Both the position numbers and the translations under genes were made by a program. The notes under the pieces were generated by a model. That model worked only from the letters and a program-made list of their open reading frames with translations. It was not told the origin of the DNA and searched no databases. Shown here in pieces: positions 18,988 through 26,564 of a DNA stretch of 32,000 nt. This stretch comes from Mycolicibacterium smegmatis (GTDB lineage Bacteria > Actinomycetota > Actinomycetes > Mycobacteriales > Mycobacteriaceae): assembly GCF_001457595.1 (NCBI RefSeq), contig NZ_LN831039.1, positions 5,190,001-5,222,000 on the forward strand, given 5' to 3'. Position 1 is the stretch's first letter. Each line of letters opens with the position of its first letter.

Positions 18988-21276
18988 ATGGGTGCGCTTG
19001 ACGGGTTCTATTCGACGTGGAACAAGGCCCGTGAAACCTTCGGGCAGGGAGCGCCGACCGATGGTTCGCAGTTCGACCAGAGCCGCAGCCTCACGCAGAT
19101 GAAGGCCAGCGTCGAGGCCGCCGCGCCCGACGACCGCTGGCAGGGCTCAGGCGCGAACGCCTACGCCGCAGCCAACAAAGAGCACGCGCAGGTCTATCAG
19201 AAGCTCGCCGACCTCGACCAGAAGATGGCCGCCGAGGTCAAGAACGCCGCCAACGTCGTCTCCGCCGGGCGCACGAACCTCGACAACGCCAAGAGCTGGG
19301 TCGAAGGCATGGCCAATTCCCTGCCCGCCACCAGCCAGCAAGACCGCGAACGCAAGCTCATCCCGATTGCCCGCGAAGGCATCAACCGCGTCGACAACAT
19401 CGTCAAGTCCGCGACTGCGGACATGATGGGGATCAAAGGCAACGTCGAAAAGCTCCGCGGCGAGTACGACACCATCAAGACCACGATGCGGTTCGGGCCG
19501 GAAAGTGAGAAGAAGCCCGGCGACAAAAAAGACGACGCTCAGATGCTTGGGAATGAGGAAAAGGACGACGACGGCATCCCCGAGATGCACGCGCCGAGTA
19601 CAGAAGACCAAGCTCGGATGGACGTCGAGCAGGTGCTGTCCGAGGGTGACGGTGGCGCCGCGGAACGTGTGGACGAGGTCCTCAGCTCGATCAAGCCGGG
19701 AGATGAGTTGACTCCCCAACAGGACGCTTATTTGAGCGAGATGCAGCGTCAGCAGAAGGGAATGAGCGTAGAGGATCTCAGAGCCGCCGAACAGCGCCTC
19801 GGTGACCACAAGAACGTCATCGCGGACTCGTGGCAGTTGATGAGTAACGACGATGTCGAATACTCCGCCGGCGCTGGTGACGACAAGAAGGGAGCCGCAT
19901 CTCAGCTGCCCGACAGCGTTCAGAAAGCACTCACGAATGCCGGTGACACATGGCCGATCGGCGACGGCATCGGCCAGCTCCGTTATGAGGGAGACCTCAA
20001 AGCCATCTCGGAGATCGTCAAGGACGGCAATCCGGGTTTCCAGACGGGCACGGAGCTCGACCGCCAGCTCATTGTCGCTGCGGACAAGGCCATGGATGCG
20101 CGCGACATCCCAGGCGGCCAGATCCTCGGTCGGGAATCAACTGTCCAGAGCTTGTTCGAAGCAGTCGACGATGACCACCAGATCATCAACGACCACTTGA
20201 TGGGCAGGAATGGTGTCGACGTTGACGATTTCCTACGCGATGTGAACACGACCGACTGGCCGGATAACGGGAAGGCAGCTGGCTATCTTTTCAGCTGGAC
20301 CAATGAGGCCAGTTCAGGACCTGAGGCTGAGATCGCGGCCCAAACAGCCGATAAATACGCGGAATTCATTGGAGCTCATACGCATGGGGAACCGACGCCT
20401 CAGCCTGACCTATTGAACATCAATGGCCAGACGTTAGGCCAGCTCAACCCTGAACTCGTCCAGCGGTACGCGCATGGACTAATCCCCTATGTGGACGACA
20501 TGGGTGGTATCGGTGACGCGGACAAGTTTGAGATCGACGGTGGTGATCTCCGACGGGACGGATTGATGCCCAATGCAAAGGGGGTCTTCGCAGTGTTAAA
20601 TACGGATCCCGTCGCCGCAACGGAGATCAACGCGCGGGCATACGAGATTGCGATGGAGAGAGAGACTAGCTTCGCGACGAACCCTAAGGATCCTTCGGCC
20701 CAGGCGCATCTTTATGCGGCAGCAACCATGCGAGGTCTGGTCGATGTGGGAGCACACGAGGCGTTCCAAGCCTTCAAAGAGAACGGGTATGACGCGGGAG
20801 TCGATCAGACAGCATGGAAGAAGGCGGGCTTCGATGCCGCTGTGACAGCCGTGAGCACCGGGGCGTCAGTGATTCCCGGGGTGGGTTTCGTTTCCGGCCC
20901 AACGGTTGCACAGATCGGCTCGATCTTCAGCAACGAAATGTTCGATAACGCTCCTCCGCCTGTAGATCGACCTCTTCCGGAAATGTCGACCACACGTGCC
21001 AGCCACCTGATCCTTGATGCGATGCTTGCCGCCGGCAATCCTTTGACCCTCCCCGAAGGATGGGTCGACTACACCGATCCAGAACGTCCTCGTGTCGTCC
21101 AGCCCCCAGGTGTGAACGACGACGTCTATGCCAGCACCATCAACGCACAGGTTGGCGAGCAAAGCGTTGCAGTCGATGCGAAGGGGCCTGACCAGTTCTA
21201 CGCGGACCGCTACAACAATGTCGCTCAAGATATAGACATCCAACACACCCCGCCCCAGGAGGAACGACACCAGTGA
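18988..21276 (+). CDS. EspA/EspE-like putative type VII secretion substrate (TPR-repeat-region-containing family)
   Basis: N-terminus MGALDGFYSTWNKARETFGQGAP...VEAAAPDDRWQGSGANAYAAANKEHAQVYQKLADLDQKMAAEV has a WxG turn between predicted helices; C-terminal hydrophobic stretch AAVTAVSTGASVIPGVGFVSGPTVAQIGSIF. ATG at 18988 with strong ribosome-binding site; track start is 18964. Confidence 0.65.
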   Translation: MGALDGFYSTWNKARETFGQGAPTDGSQFDQSRSLTQMKASVEAAAPDDRWQGSGANAYAAANKEHAQVYQKLADLDQKMAAEVKNAANVVSAGRTNLDNAKSWVEGMANSLPATSQQDRERKLIPIAREGINRVDNIVKSATADMMGIKGNVEKLRGEYDTIKTTMRFGPESEKKPGDKKDDAQMLGNEEKDDDGIPEMHAPSTEDQARMDVEQVLSEGDGGAAERVDEVLSSIKPGDELTPQQDAYLSEMQRQQKGMSVEDLRAAEQRLGDHKNVIADSWQLMSNDDVEYSAGAGDDKKGAASQLPDSVQKALTNAGDTWPIGDGIGQLRYEGDLKAISEIVKDGNPGFQTGTELDRQLIVAADKAMDARDIPGGQILGRESTVQSLFEAVDDDHQIINDHLMGRNGVDVDDFLRDVNTTDWPDNGKAAGYLFSWTNEASSGPEAEIAAQTADKYAEFIGAHTHGEPTPQPDLLNINGQTLGQLNPELVQRYAHGLIPYVDDMGGIGDADKFEIDGGDLRRDGLMPNAKGVFAVLNTDPVAATEINARAYEIAMERETSFATNPKDPSAQAHLYAAATMRGLVDVGAHEAFQAFKENGYDAGVDQTAWKKAGFDAAVTAVSTGASVIPGVGFVSGPTVAQIGSIFSNEMFDNAPPPVDRPLPEMSTTRASHLILDAMLAAGNPLTLPEGWVDYTDPERPRVVQPPGVNDDVYASTINAQVGEQSVAVDAKGPDQFYADRYNNVAQDIDIQHTPPQEERHQ

Positions 21277-22085
21277 TGCCACGACTTAGCAGAGGGCTGC
21301 TGGCGCTTTTCCTCCTGGGTTTGCTTGCCGCCTCCGCGTGTAGGGCAGAAGGCGCCGAACCGCCGGAATCACCGCCTGCAGGTTGGCCCGAGTCGTTGGA
21401 TGACTTCACCGTGACGTGGACCGCCGAACCGGGGATCGATTTGACCACTGGTCCAGCAGTTGCGGCGCGGGCTTATATGGAGTCCTACTACCTCGCATAC
21501 CTGACAACCGACGACAAGTACCTGTATCCGGGGTTTGCACAAGCCGTCGACTCCAATCAGGCCGACGGGCCTGATGGCACGGAGAAGCTCTGGCCAGAAC
21601 CTTATCGTCCGAAGACGTGGATTGGTACGGCACGCCATCACATACTGCGAATAGATCAGTCAGGTCGCGACGTCGCAGTTGTGGGTTGTGTGTATTCGTA
21701 CTCGAGCGCCGAGAAGACAGATGCGGGATTCGAAGCCAACATCGGTGGAACCGGACCGGACGCAGGAATTAGCGCGATCCGTATCGGTTTAGAGGCTCCC
21801 GAGAACAGTGCCGATCTTCCAGTACAAGAAGGACCGTCTCGGGCGCCGTTCGAGAATGTATTTGGTGGGTGGAGGGTGACCAATCATCAGGGCGGATTCC
21901 TTGCTACAGCTGAATGGCCGGACCACGCCAAAGACGTCGAACAATGTGTTGCTCAGGCGCCAGAACCTCCGGAAGCCCGGACTTTCATCCCGACAAGCCC
22001 GTACCCTCGGTCTGCCTTCCCAGTGCTTCCCGCGACGCCAGGCTGGCCGGCAAAGCCAGATGCACCCACCGACCAGCCCGGCTGA
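21273..22085 (+). CDS. Putative lipoprotein, translationally coupled to the EspE-like gene
   Basis: Signal peptide MPRLSRGLLALFLLGLLAASAC with lipobox-like ASAC; GTGATG start overlaps the upstream stop (TGA 21274-21276); CAGGAGG ribosome-binding site. Confidence 0.72.
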   Translation: MMPRLSRGLLALFLLGLLAASACRAEGAEPPESPPAGWPESLDDFTVTWTAEPGIDLTTGPAVAARAYMESYYLAYLTTDDKYLYPGFAQAVDSNQADGPDGTEKLWPEPYRPKTWIGTARHHILRIDQSGRDVAVVGCVYSYSSAEKTDAGFEANIGGTGPDAGISAIRIGLEAPENSADLPVQEGPSRAPFENVFGGWRVTNHQGGFLATAEWPDHAKDVEQCVAQAPEPPEARTFIPTSPYPRSAFPVLPATPGWPAKPDAPTDQPG

Positions 22086-22126
22086 GCACGATCAAACTCC
22101 CGCACACCCCTCCCCCAACCCAGCCG

Positions 22127-22132
22127 TAAAAT
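22127..22132 (+). promoter_or_regulatory. Candidate -10 element (TAAAAT) for the EspC-like gene
   Basis: GCCGTAAAATTGC about 34 bp upstream of ATG 22166 in an otherwise GC-rich context; GAGGGGAC ribosome-binding site follows. Confidence 0.4.
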
Positions 22133-22165
22133 TGCACCTGGCATGCACGACCCGAGGGGACTCCG

Positions 22166-22981
22166 ATGAACCAGGTGATCGCCAATACCGGCGCCATGAA
22201 CAGCTGGCAGCAGCAGCTGGGTGAGGTCAGCTCGGGTGTCGGCAATCTGCTCAATGGTACTCCCGGCGTCTCCGATGTGATGAACACGCACGGCACCATC
22301 GGGTTCCCGATGCAGAGCGCGTTCGACGCCGCACATGCCGCCCGAGGTGGCGCGATGGGTGCGACGCAGGCCGCGTCGTCGAAGATTTCCGACTTGCTGC
22401 GCCAGGCTGCTCAGGCCTACGAGCGTGGCGACGTCGCCGCGGCCGACGACCTGAAGAAGCGGGCCGAGCAGCTGGAAGGCGCGGGTGCGTCGTCGGCGGC
22501 CGGTGGCAGTGCCGCAGGCAGCGCGGCCTCGGCCGCGAGCAGTGGTGGCCAGGCCGCGTCGCAGATGATGAGCCAATTCGGCCAGATGGCGGGTCAGATG
22601 GCGCAGTCGCTGACGCAACCCATCCAGGGCATGGCCCAGAGCCTCGGCCAGATGCCGCAGCAGATCTTCCAGGGTGTGCAGGGCATCGTGCAGTCCGCCA
22701 CCGAGGGCGCCGGGGGCGGGTTGGAAGCGGCGACGGCCGCCGCAGGTGGCGCCGAGGCCGAGAACGCCATCAAGACCGCCGCGACCGATGGTGCGGGTGG
22801 CGGCGAGGGTGAGCGTGCCCCGGTCGACGCCGCCGACAAAGACAAGACCGACGAGCGCGACAAGACGACCGATGCCGTGCAGGTCGGCGCCCGCGCCGAC
22901 ATCGGCGTGCCGGCCGAGGAGCAGCCGGGTGTCGGCGCGGTGTCGACGCAGATCCCGACGATCAGCCCACGGCCGCAGTAG
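22166..22981 (+). CDS. EspC/EspF-like (DUF2580-type) ESX secretion-associated protein with a long Gln/Ala/Gly-rich C-terminal extension
   Basis: THGTIGFPMQSAFDAAHAARGGAMGATQAASSKISDLLRQAAQAYERGDVAAADDLKKRAEQLE fits the EspC/F pattern including YxxxD (YERGD). Confidence 0.75.
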   Translation: MNQVIANTGAMNSWQQQLGEVSSGVGNLLNGTPGVSDVMNTHGTIGFPMQSAFDAAHAARGGAMGATQAASSKISDLLRQAAQAYERGDVAAADDLKKRAEQLEGAGASSAAGGSAAGSAASAASSGGQAASQMMSQFGQMAGQMAQSLTQPIQGMAQSLGQMPQQIFQGVQGIVQSATEGAGGGLEAATAAAGGAEAENAIKTAATDGAGGGEGERAPVDAADKDKTDERDKTTDAVQVGARADIGVPAEEQPGVGAVSTQIPTISPRPQ

Positions 22982-25900
22982 CGGAGAGTGCGTCCAACGC
23001 GGCTGCGACCTTGCGACGGTAGCTCTCGACGTTGGCCATCTTGATCGACTCGTATCCGCGCACTTCCTGGGCGAGGCCGAGAATTTCGCGGATGGCATCG
23101 ATGTTGCCCTGCGTGGCGCGCGGCACCACCTCGCGGGTCAGCTTCGCGTAGTCGTCGACGAGTGACCGCTCGACCTGACGCACGTGGGCATAGCCGAACA
23201 CGTCCAGTCGGGTCCCCCGAACACGCCGTGCCGTCCGCAAGGCGTACAGCGCCGGCTTGAACCACGCCCCCAAGGTCAGCTTGTGGTCCAGGCCCATCGC
23301 CCGGAGCATCGGCGGGTGCAGTTTGTACGCGAAAGACGCGTCATCGCCGAAGGTTTCACGGACGGACTGTTCGAAGCCCGGATCGAGGAACAGCCGCGCG
23401 GTTTCGTATTCGTCCTTGTACGCCATCAACTTGTACATCGACTCCGCTGCTGTGACGGTGAGCGGCCCGACCGATCCGACGGCGTGGCGCTCCAGCTCGG
23501 CCGTGTCGGCGACGAAGTTCACGAACTGTAGCGCATAGGACTGGTTCTGATAGGCGACAAGGTCGGCGGCCAGAAAGCCGAGGCGGTCCCGGAAACCCTC
23601 GTCGACGCCGCGTAATTCGTGGACGGCGCGACGCACTCGCCGCGCCACTCGGACGTGGTTGGTGTACACCCCTTTCAGAGCGTTGACCGGTTGCGGATCG
23701 TGCACGTACGCGCGGCCGACGTGAAGCGCCCTGAGGTTCGCCGAAACCGCCACCCCGTTGAGTTCGACCGCTTTTTCGAGCGCCGACAGCGGGATGGGCA
23801 GTGATCCAACCTGCACGGCCATACCCACCAGAATCATGTTGGCCAACTGGTCGGATCCGAACTCCCGGTGTGCGAGTGCACGAACGTCGGCGTACAGCGA
23901 ATCGTGCGCCCTGGTGGACGGATCCAGCCGCTCGCGGACCTCGGCGGCCGAGGGGAACGCGGTCGACGGCTTCAGGATCATCGAACCCGTCGGCACCTGG
24001 GATGTCGAGATCACCGCGACGGTACGCGAATTCGACGCGACGGCAAGGCTCTTGGCGTCAGCTGCAACAAGAAGATCGCATCCCAGATACAGATCGCACT
24101 CGTCGGCTGCGAGTTTGTTGGTACCGGTGATGGGGCGTGTCGAGAACTTGAGATCTGACACCACGGCACCGCCCTTCTGGGCGAGGCCGAGCTGGTCGAG
24201 TCCGCGGACGTGGAACCCGGCCAAAGTACCTGCGGTGGCGACGATCTGAGAGGTGGTGACCACGCCGGTGCCGCCGACACCGGTGATGCGGACGTTGAAT
24301 GCGTCGGTGCCGACGATGGGTGTGGGCTCCGGGATGGGACGCGTGGCAGAAGTTTCACTCGATGCCGTACGCCCGGGTCGGACCGCGACGAACGACGGGC
24401 AGTCGCCGTCCAGGCAGGAGTAGTCCTTGTTGCACGAGGCCTGATCGATCCTGGTCTTGCGGCCGAACTCGGTGTCGACTGGCTGCACGGACATGCAGTT
24501 CGACTTCTGTCCGCAGTCACCACAGCCCTCACACAGGCGTTCGTTGATGAACGCGCGAGTGACGGGTTCGGGCGCGAGCCCGCGCTTGCGTTTGCGGCGC
24601 AGTTCGGTCGCGCATTCCTGGTCGTGGATGAGCACGGTGACCCCGGCGGTCGCTGCCAACTGTTCCTGCACCGCCATCAACTCGGACCTGTCGAGAACGG
24701 CGACGCCTTCCGGCAGCGACACCTTGCGGTACTTCTTCACATCGTCGGTGGTGATGACGACGCGGGCGACGCCTTCGGCCAGAAGCTCCTGAACGATCTG
24801 CGGCACCGACATTTTGCCCACGGCGCGTTGTCCACCGGTCATGGCGACCGCGTCGTTGTAGAGCAGTTTGTAGGTGATGTTCACCCCGGATGCGACGGCG
24901 GCCCGGATGGCCAGGCTGCCCGAATGATGGAATGTGCCGTCACCGAGATTCTGGAACAGGTGATTCTCGGACACGAACGGCGCCATGCCGATCCACGGGG
25001 CACCCTCGCCGCCCATCTGGCAGAGACTCACGATCTCCCCCACCCGCTCATGCGGCATCATGGTCGCGATTGCGTGACAACCGATTCCGGCGCCCACAAG
25101 GGACCCGTCGGGAACGACCGTGGACCGGTTGTGTGGGCAGCCGGAGCAGAAGTACGGCGTCCGTGTCAGCAGCGGCAGTTCGATACGCCCCGCGGGTGTT
25201 CTCTCGACCGATGACACGCTCTCGATCTGGTTGGCGGGGAGCACCTTTCGAATTCGCCGGCCGAGCTTCTCGGCGAGGATTTCGGGCGGCAGGTCGGCGT
25301 CGGCGCGCAGGAACCCGCGGCCGTGCTCGTCGCGTTTTCCCAGAACCCGCGGAACGGAGGCCCGTCCGTACAAGGCGTCTTTGACGGCCAACTCGATGAA
25401 CGCCCGTTTCTCTTCGACGACGACCACTTCGTCGAGCCCTTCACTGAACTCTTGGACGTGCCGTTGGTCCAGCGGGTTGATGACACCGAGCTTGAGGATG
25501 CGGATGCCGGAGTGGACCAGATCGGTCTCTGCGATGCCCAGACGCTGCAGCGCCTGCACGGTGTCCCGGAAACCTGTGCCCGCGGTGATGATTCCGAGCT
25601 TGGCGTCCGGGTCGCCGACGGTTCTGTTCAGATCGTTGGCGGCCGCGTACCGACGCGCGAGTTCCAGCCGCTCACCGAACATGCTTCGTTCGAGGTTGCC
25701 GAGCGTCGGTTGCACGAAGTGCGCCGAGACGGTGTGGCGGAATTCGGCGCCGTCGATCTCGCGGTCGGGACTCTGCACCGTGACCCGGCTGCGGTCGAAA
25801 CGAACGGTGGCCGACCCGTCCACGACGTTCGTCGCGAGTTTCATGCCTACCCACAGCCCGCTGAACCGGGACATGGCGATGCCGTGCAGGCCGAAGTCGA

Positions 25901-26447
25901 GTACTTCCTGCGGATCTGACGGGACGAGCACGGGAAGCCCGAGTTCGGCCATCGCGGCCTCGGAGCCGCTGGGCACAGTCGACGACTTGGCGATCGAGTC
26001 GTCACCCACGAGGACCAGTGCTCCACCCTTGGCGTCGGCACCACCGAGATTGGCGTGGCGCAGTGCGTCGGTGGCCCGATCCAGCCCGGGTGCCTTGCCG
26101 TACCAGATGCCGACGACGCCGTCGTATTCACAGCTCGGCGATGCCGAGGCGAGCTGGGAACCCTGGACCGCGTTCGCGGCGAGCTCCTCGTTCAGCCCGG
26201 GCTGGAACACGACCGAGTGCGAATCGAGCAATTCCCGTTGCCGCCCGAGCTCGAGGTCGTAACCCGCCAACGGTGAACCCTCGTAACCGCTGATGAGGAT
26301 GCCCACCCGCTGCCCGTCCGCGGAGTCACGGCGGCTCTGTTCGAAGGGAATTCGGACCAATGCCTGCAAACCGGTCAGGAACACCTCACCGTCGGCAAGG
26401 GTGTATCGGTCCGTGAGAGCGAACTCTCGTGAGTGCAATTCGGTCAC
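22962..26447 (-). CDS. Fused indolepyruvate (2-oxoacid):ferredoxin oxidoreductase, alpha+gamma type, about 1161 aa
   Basis: TPYFCSGCPHNRST, GIGCHAIATMMPHERV, QMGGEGAPWIG (TPP module); CEGCGDCGQKSNC (Fe-S cysteines); VRITGVGGTGVVTTSQIVATAG (gamma domain). GTG at 26447 with AGGGGGGA ribosome-binding site; track ORF is over-extended to 26528. Confidence 0.9.
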   Translation of the reverse strand: MTELHSREFALTDRYTLADGEVFLTGLQALVRIPFEQSRRDSADGQRVGILISGYEGSPLAGYDLELGRQRELLDSHSVVFQPGLNEELAANAVQGSQLASASPSCEYDGVVGIWYGKAPGLDRATDALRHANLGGADAKGGALVLVGDDSIAKSSTVPSGSEAAMAELGLPVLVPSDPQEVLDFGLHGIAMSRFSGLWVGMKLATNVVDGSATVRFDRSRVTVQSPDREIDGAEFRHTVSAHFVQPTLGNLERSMFGERLELARRYAAANDLNRTVGDPDAKLGIITAGTGFRDTVQALQRLGIAETDLVHSGIRILKLGVINPLDQRHVQEFSEGLDEVVVVEEKRAFIELAVKDALYGRASVPRVLGKRDEHGRGFLRADADLPPEILAEKLGRRIRKVLPANQIESVSSVERTPAGRIELPLLTRTPYFCSGCPHNRSTVVPDGSLVGAGIGCHAIATMMPHERVGEIVSLCQMGGEGAPWIGMAPFVSENHLFQNLGDGTFHHSGSLAIRAAVASGVNITYKLLYNDAVAMTGGQRAVGKMSVPQIVQELLAEGVARVVITTDDVKKYRKVSLPEGVAVLDRSELMAVQEQLAATAGVTVLIHDQECATELRRKRKRGLAPEPVTRAFINERLCEGCGDCGQKSNCMSVQPVDTEFGRKTRIDQASCNKDYSCLDGDCPSFVAVRPGRTASSETSATRPIPEPTPIVGTDAFNVRITGVGGTGVVTTSQIVATAGTLAGFHVRGLDQLGLAQKGGAVVSDLKFSTRPITGTNKLAADECDLYLGCDLLVAADAKSLAVASNSRTVAVISTSQVPTGSMILKPSTAFPSAAEVRERLDPSTRAHDSLYADVRALAHREFGSDQLANMILVGMAVQVGSLPIPLSALEKAVELNGVAVSANLRALHVGRAYVHDPQPVNALKGVYTNHVRVARRVRRAVHELRGVDEGFRDRLGFLAADLVAYQNQSYALQFVNFVADTAELERHAVGSVGPLTVTAAESMYKLMAYKDEYETARLFLDPGFEQSVRETFGDDASFAYKLHPPMLRAMGLDHKLTLGAWFKPALYALRTARRVRGTRLDVFGYAHVRQVERSLVDDYAKLTREVVPRATQGNIDAIREILGLAQEVRGYESIKMANVESYRRKVAAALDALSATAAVG

Positions 26448-26470
26448 TGTCCCCCCTTGAAGAGCCGTTA

Positions 26471-26476
26471 TGTATA
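26471..26476 (-). promoter_or_regulatory. Candidate -10 element (TATACA) for the ferredoxin oxidoreductase gene
   Basis: Minus strand reads CGTTCATATACATAACGGCTC about 25 nt upstream of the GTG start. Confidence 0.4.
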
Positions 26477-26564
26477 TGAACGTGTCAGAGCCGCGGAAAC
26501 ACCGAAGTGGCTGAACCCAATTCTGCACGCAGCCGGTACGAGACCTCGGTGAAGCACCTGAGCC

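Noticed and set aside
17457-19001. 514-aa + strand ORF within the ATPase gene
   Set aside because: Alternative frame of the same strand, Arg/Gly/Ala-rich; the ATPase frame carries the Walker motifs.
18988-21276. Calling the EspE-like protein a toxin with a known nuclease/ADP-ribosyltransferase/deaminase C-terminus
   Set aside because: No recognisable catalytic toxin motif in the C-terminal sequence; the toxin/immunity idea is kept only as a hypothesis based on architecture and composition.
24210-25214. 334-aa + strand ORF opposite the ferredoxin oxidoreductase
   Set aside because: Shadow ORF; no ribosome-binding site, no recognisable family.
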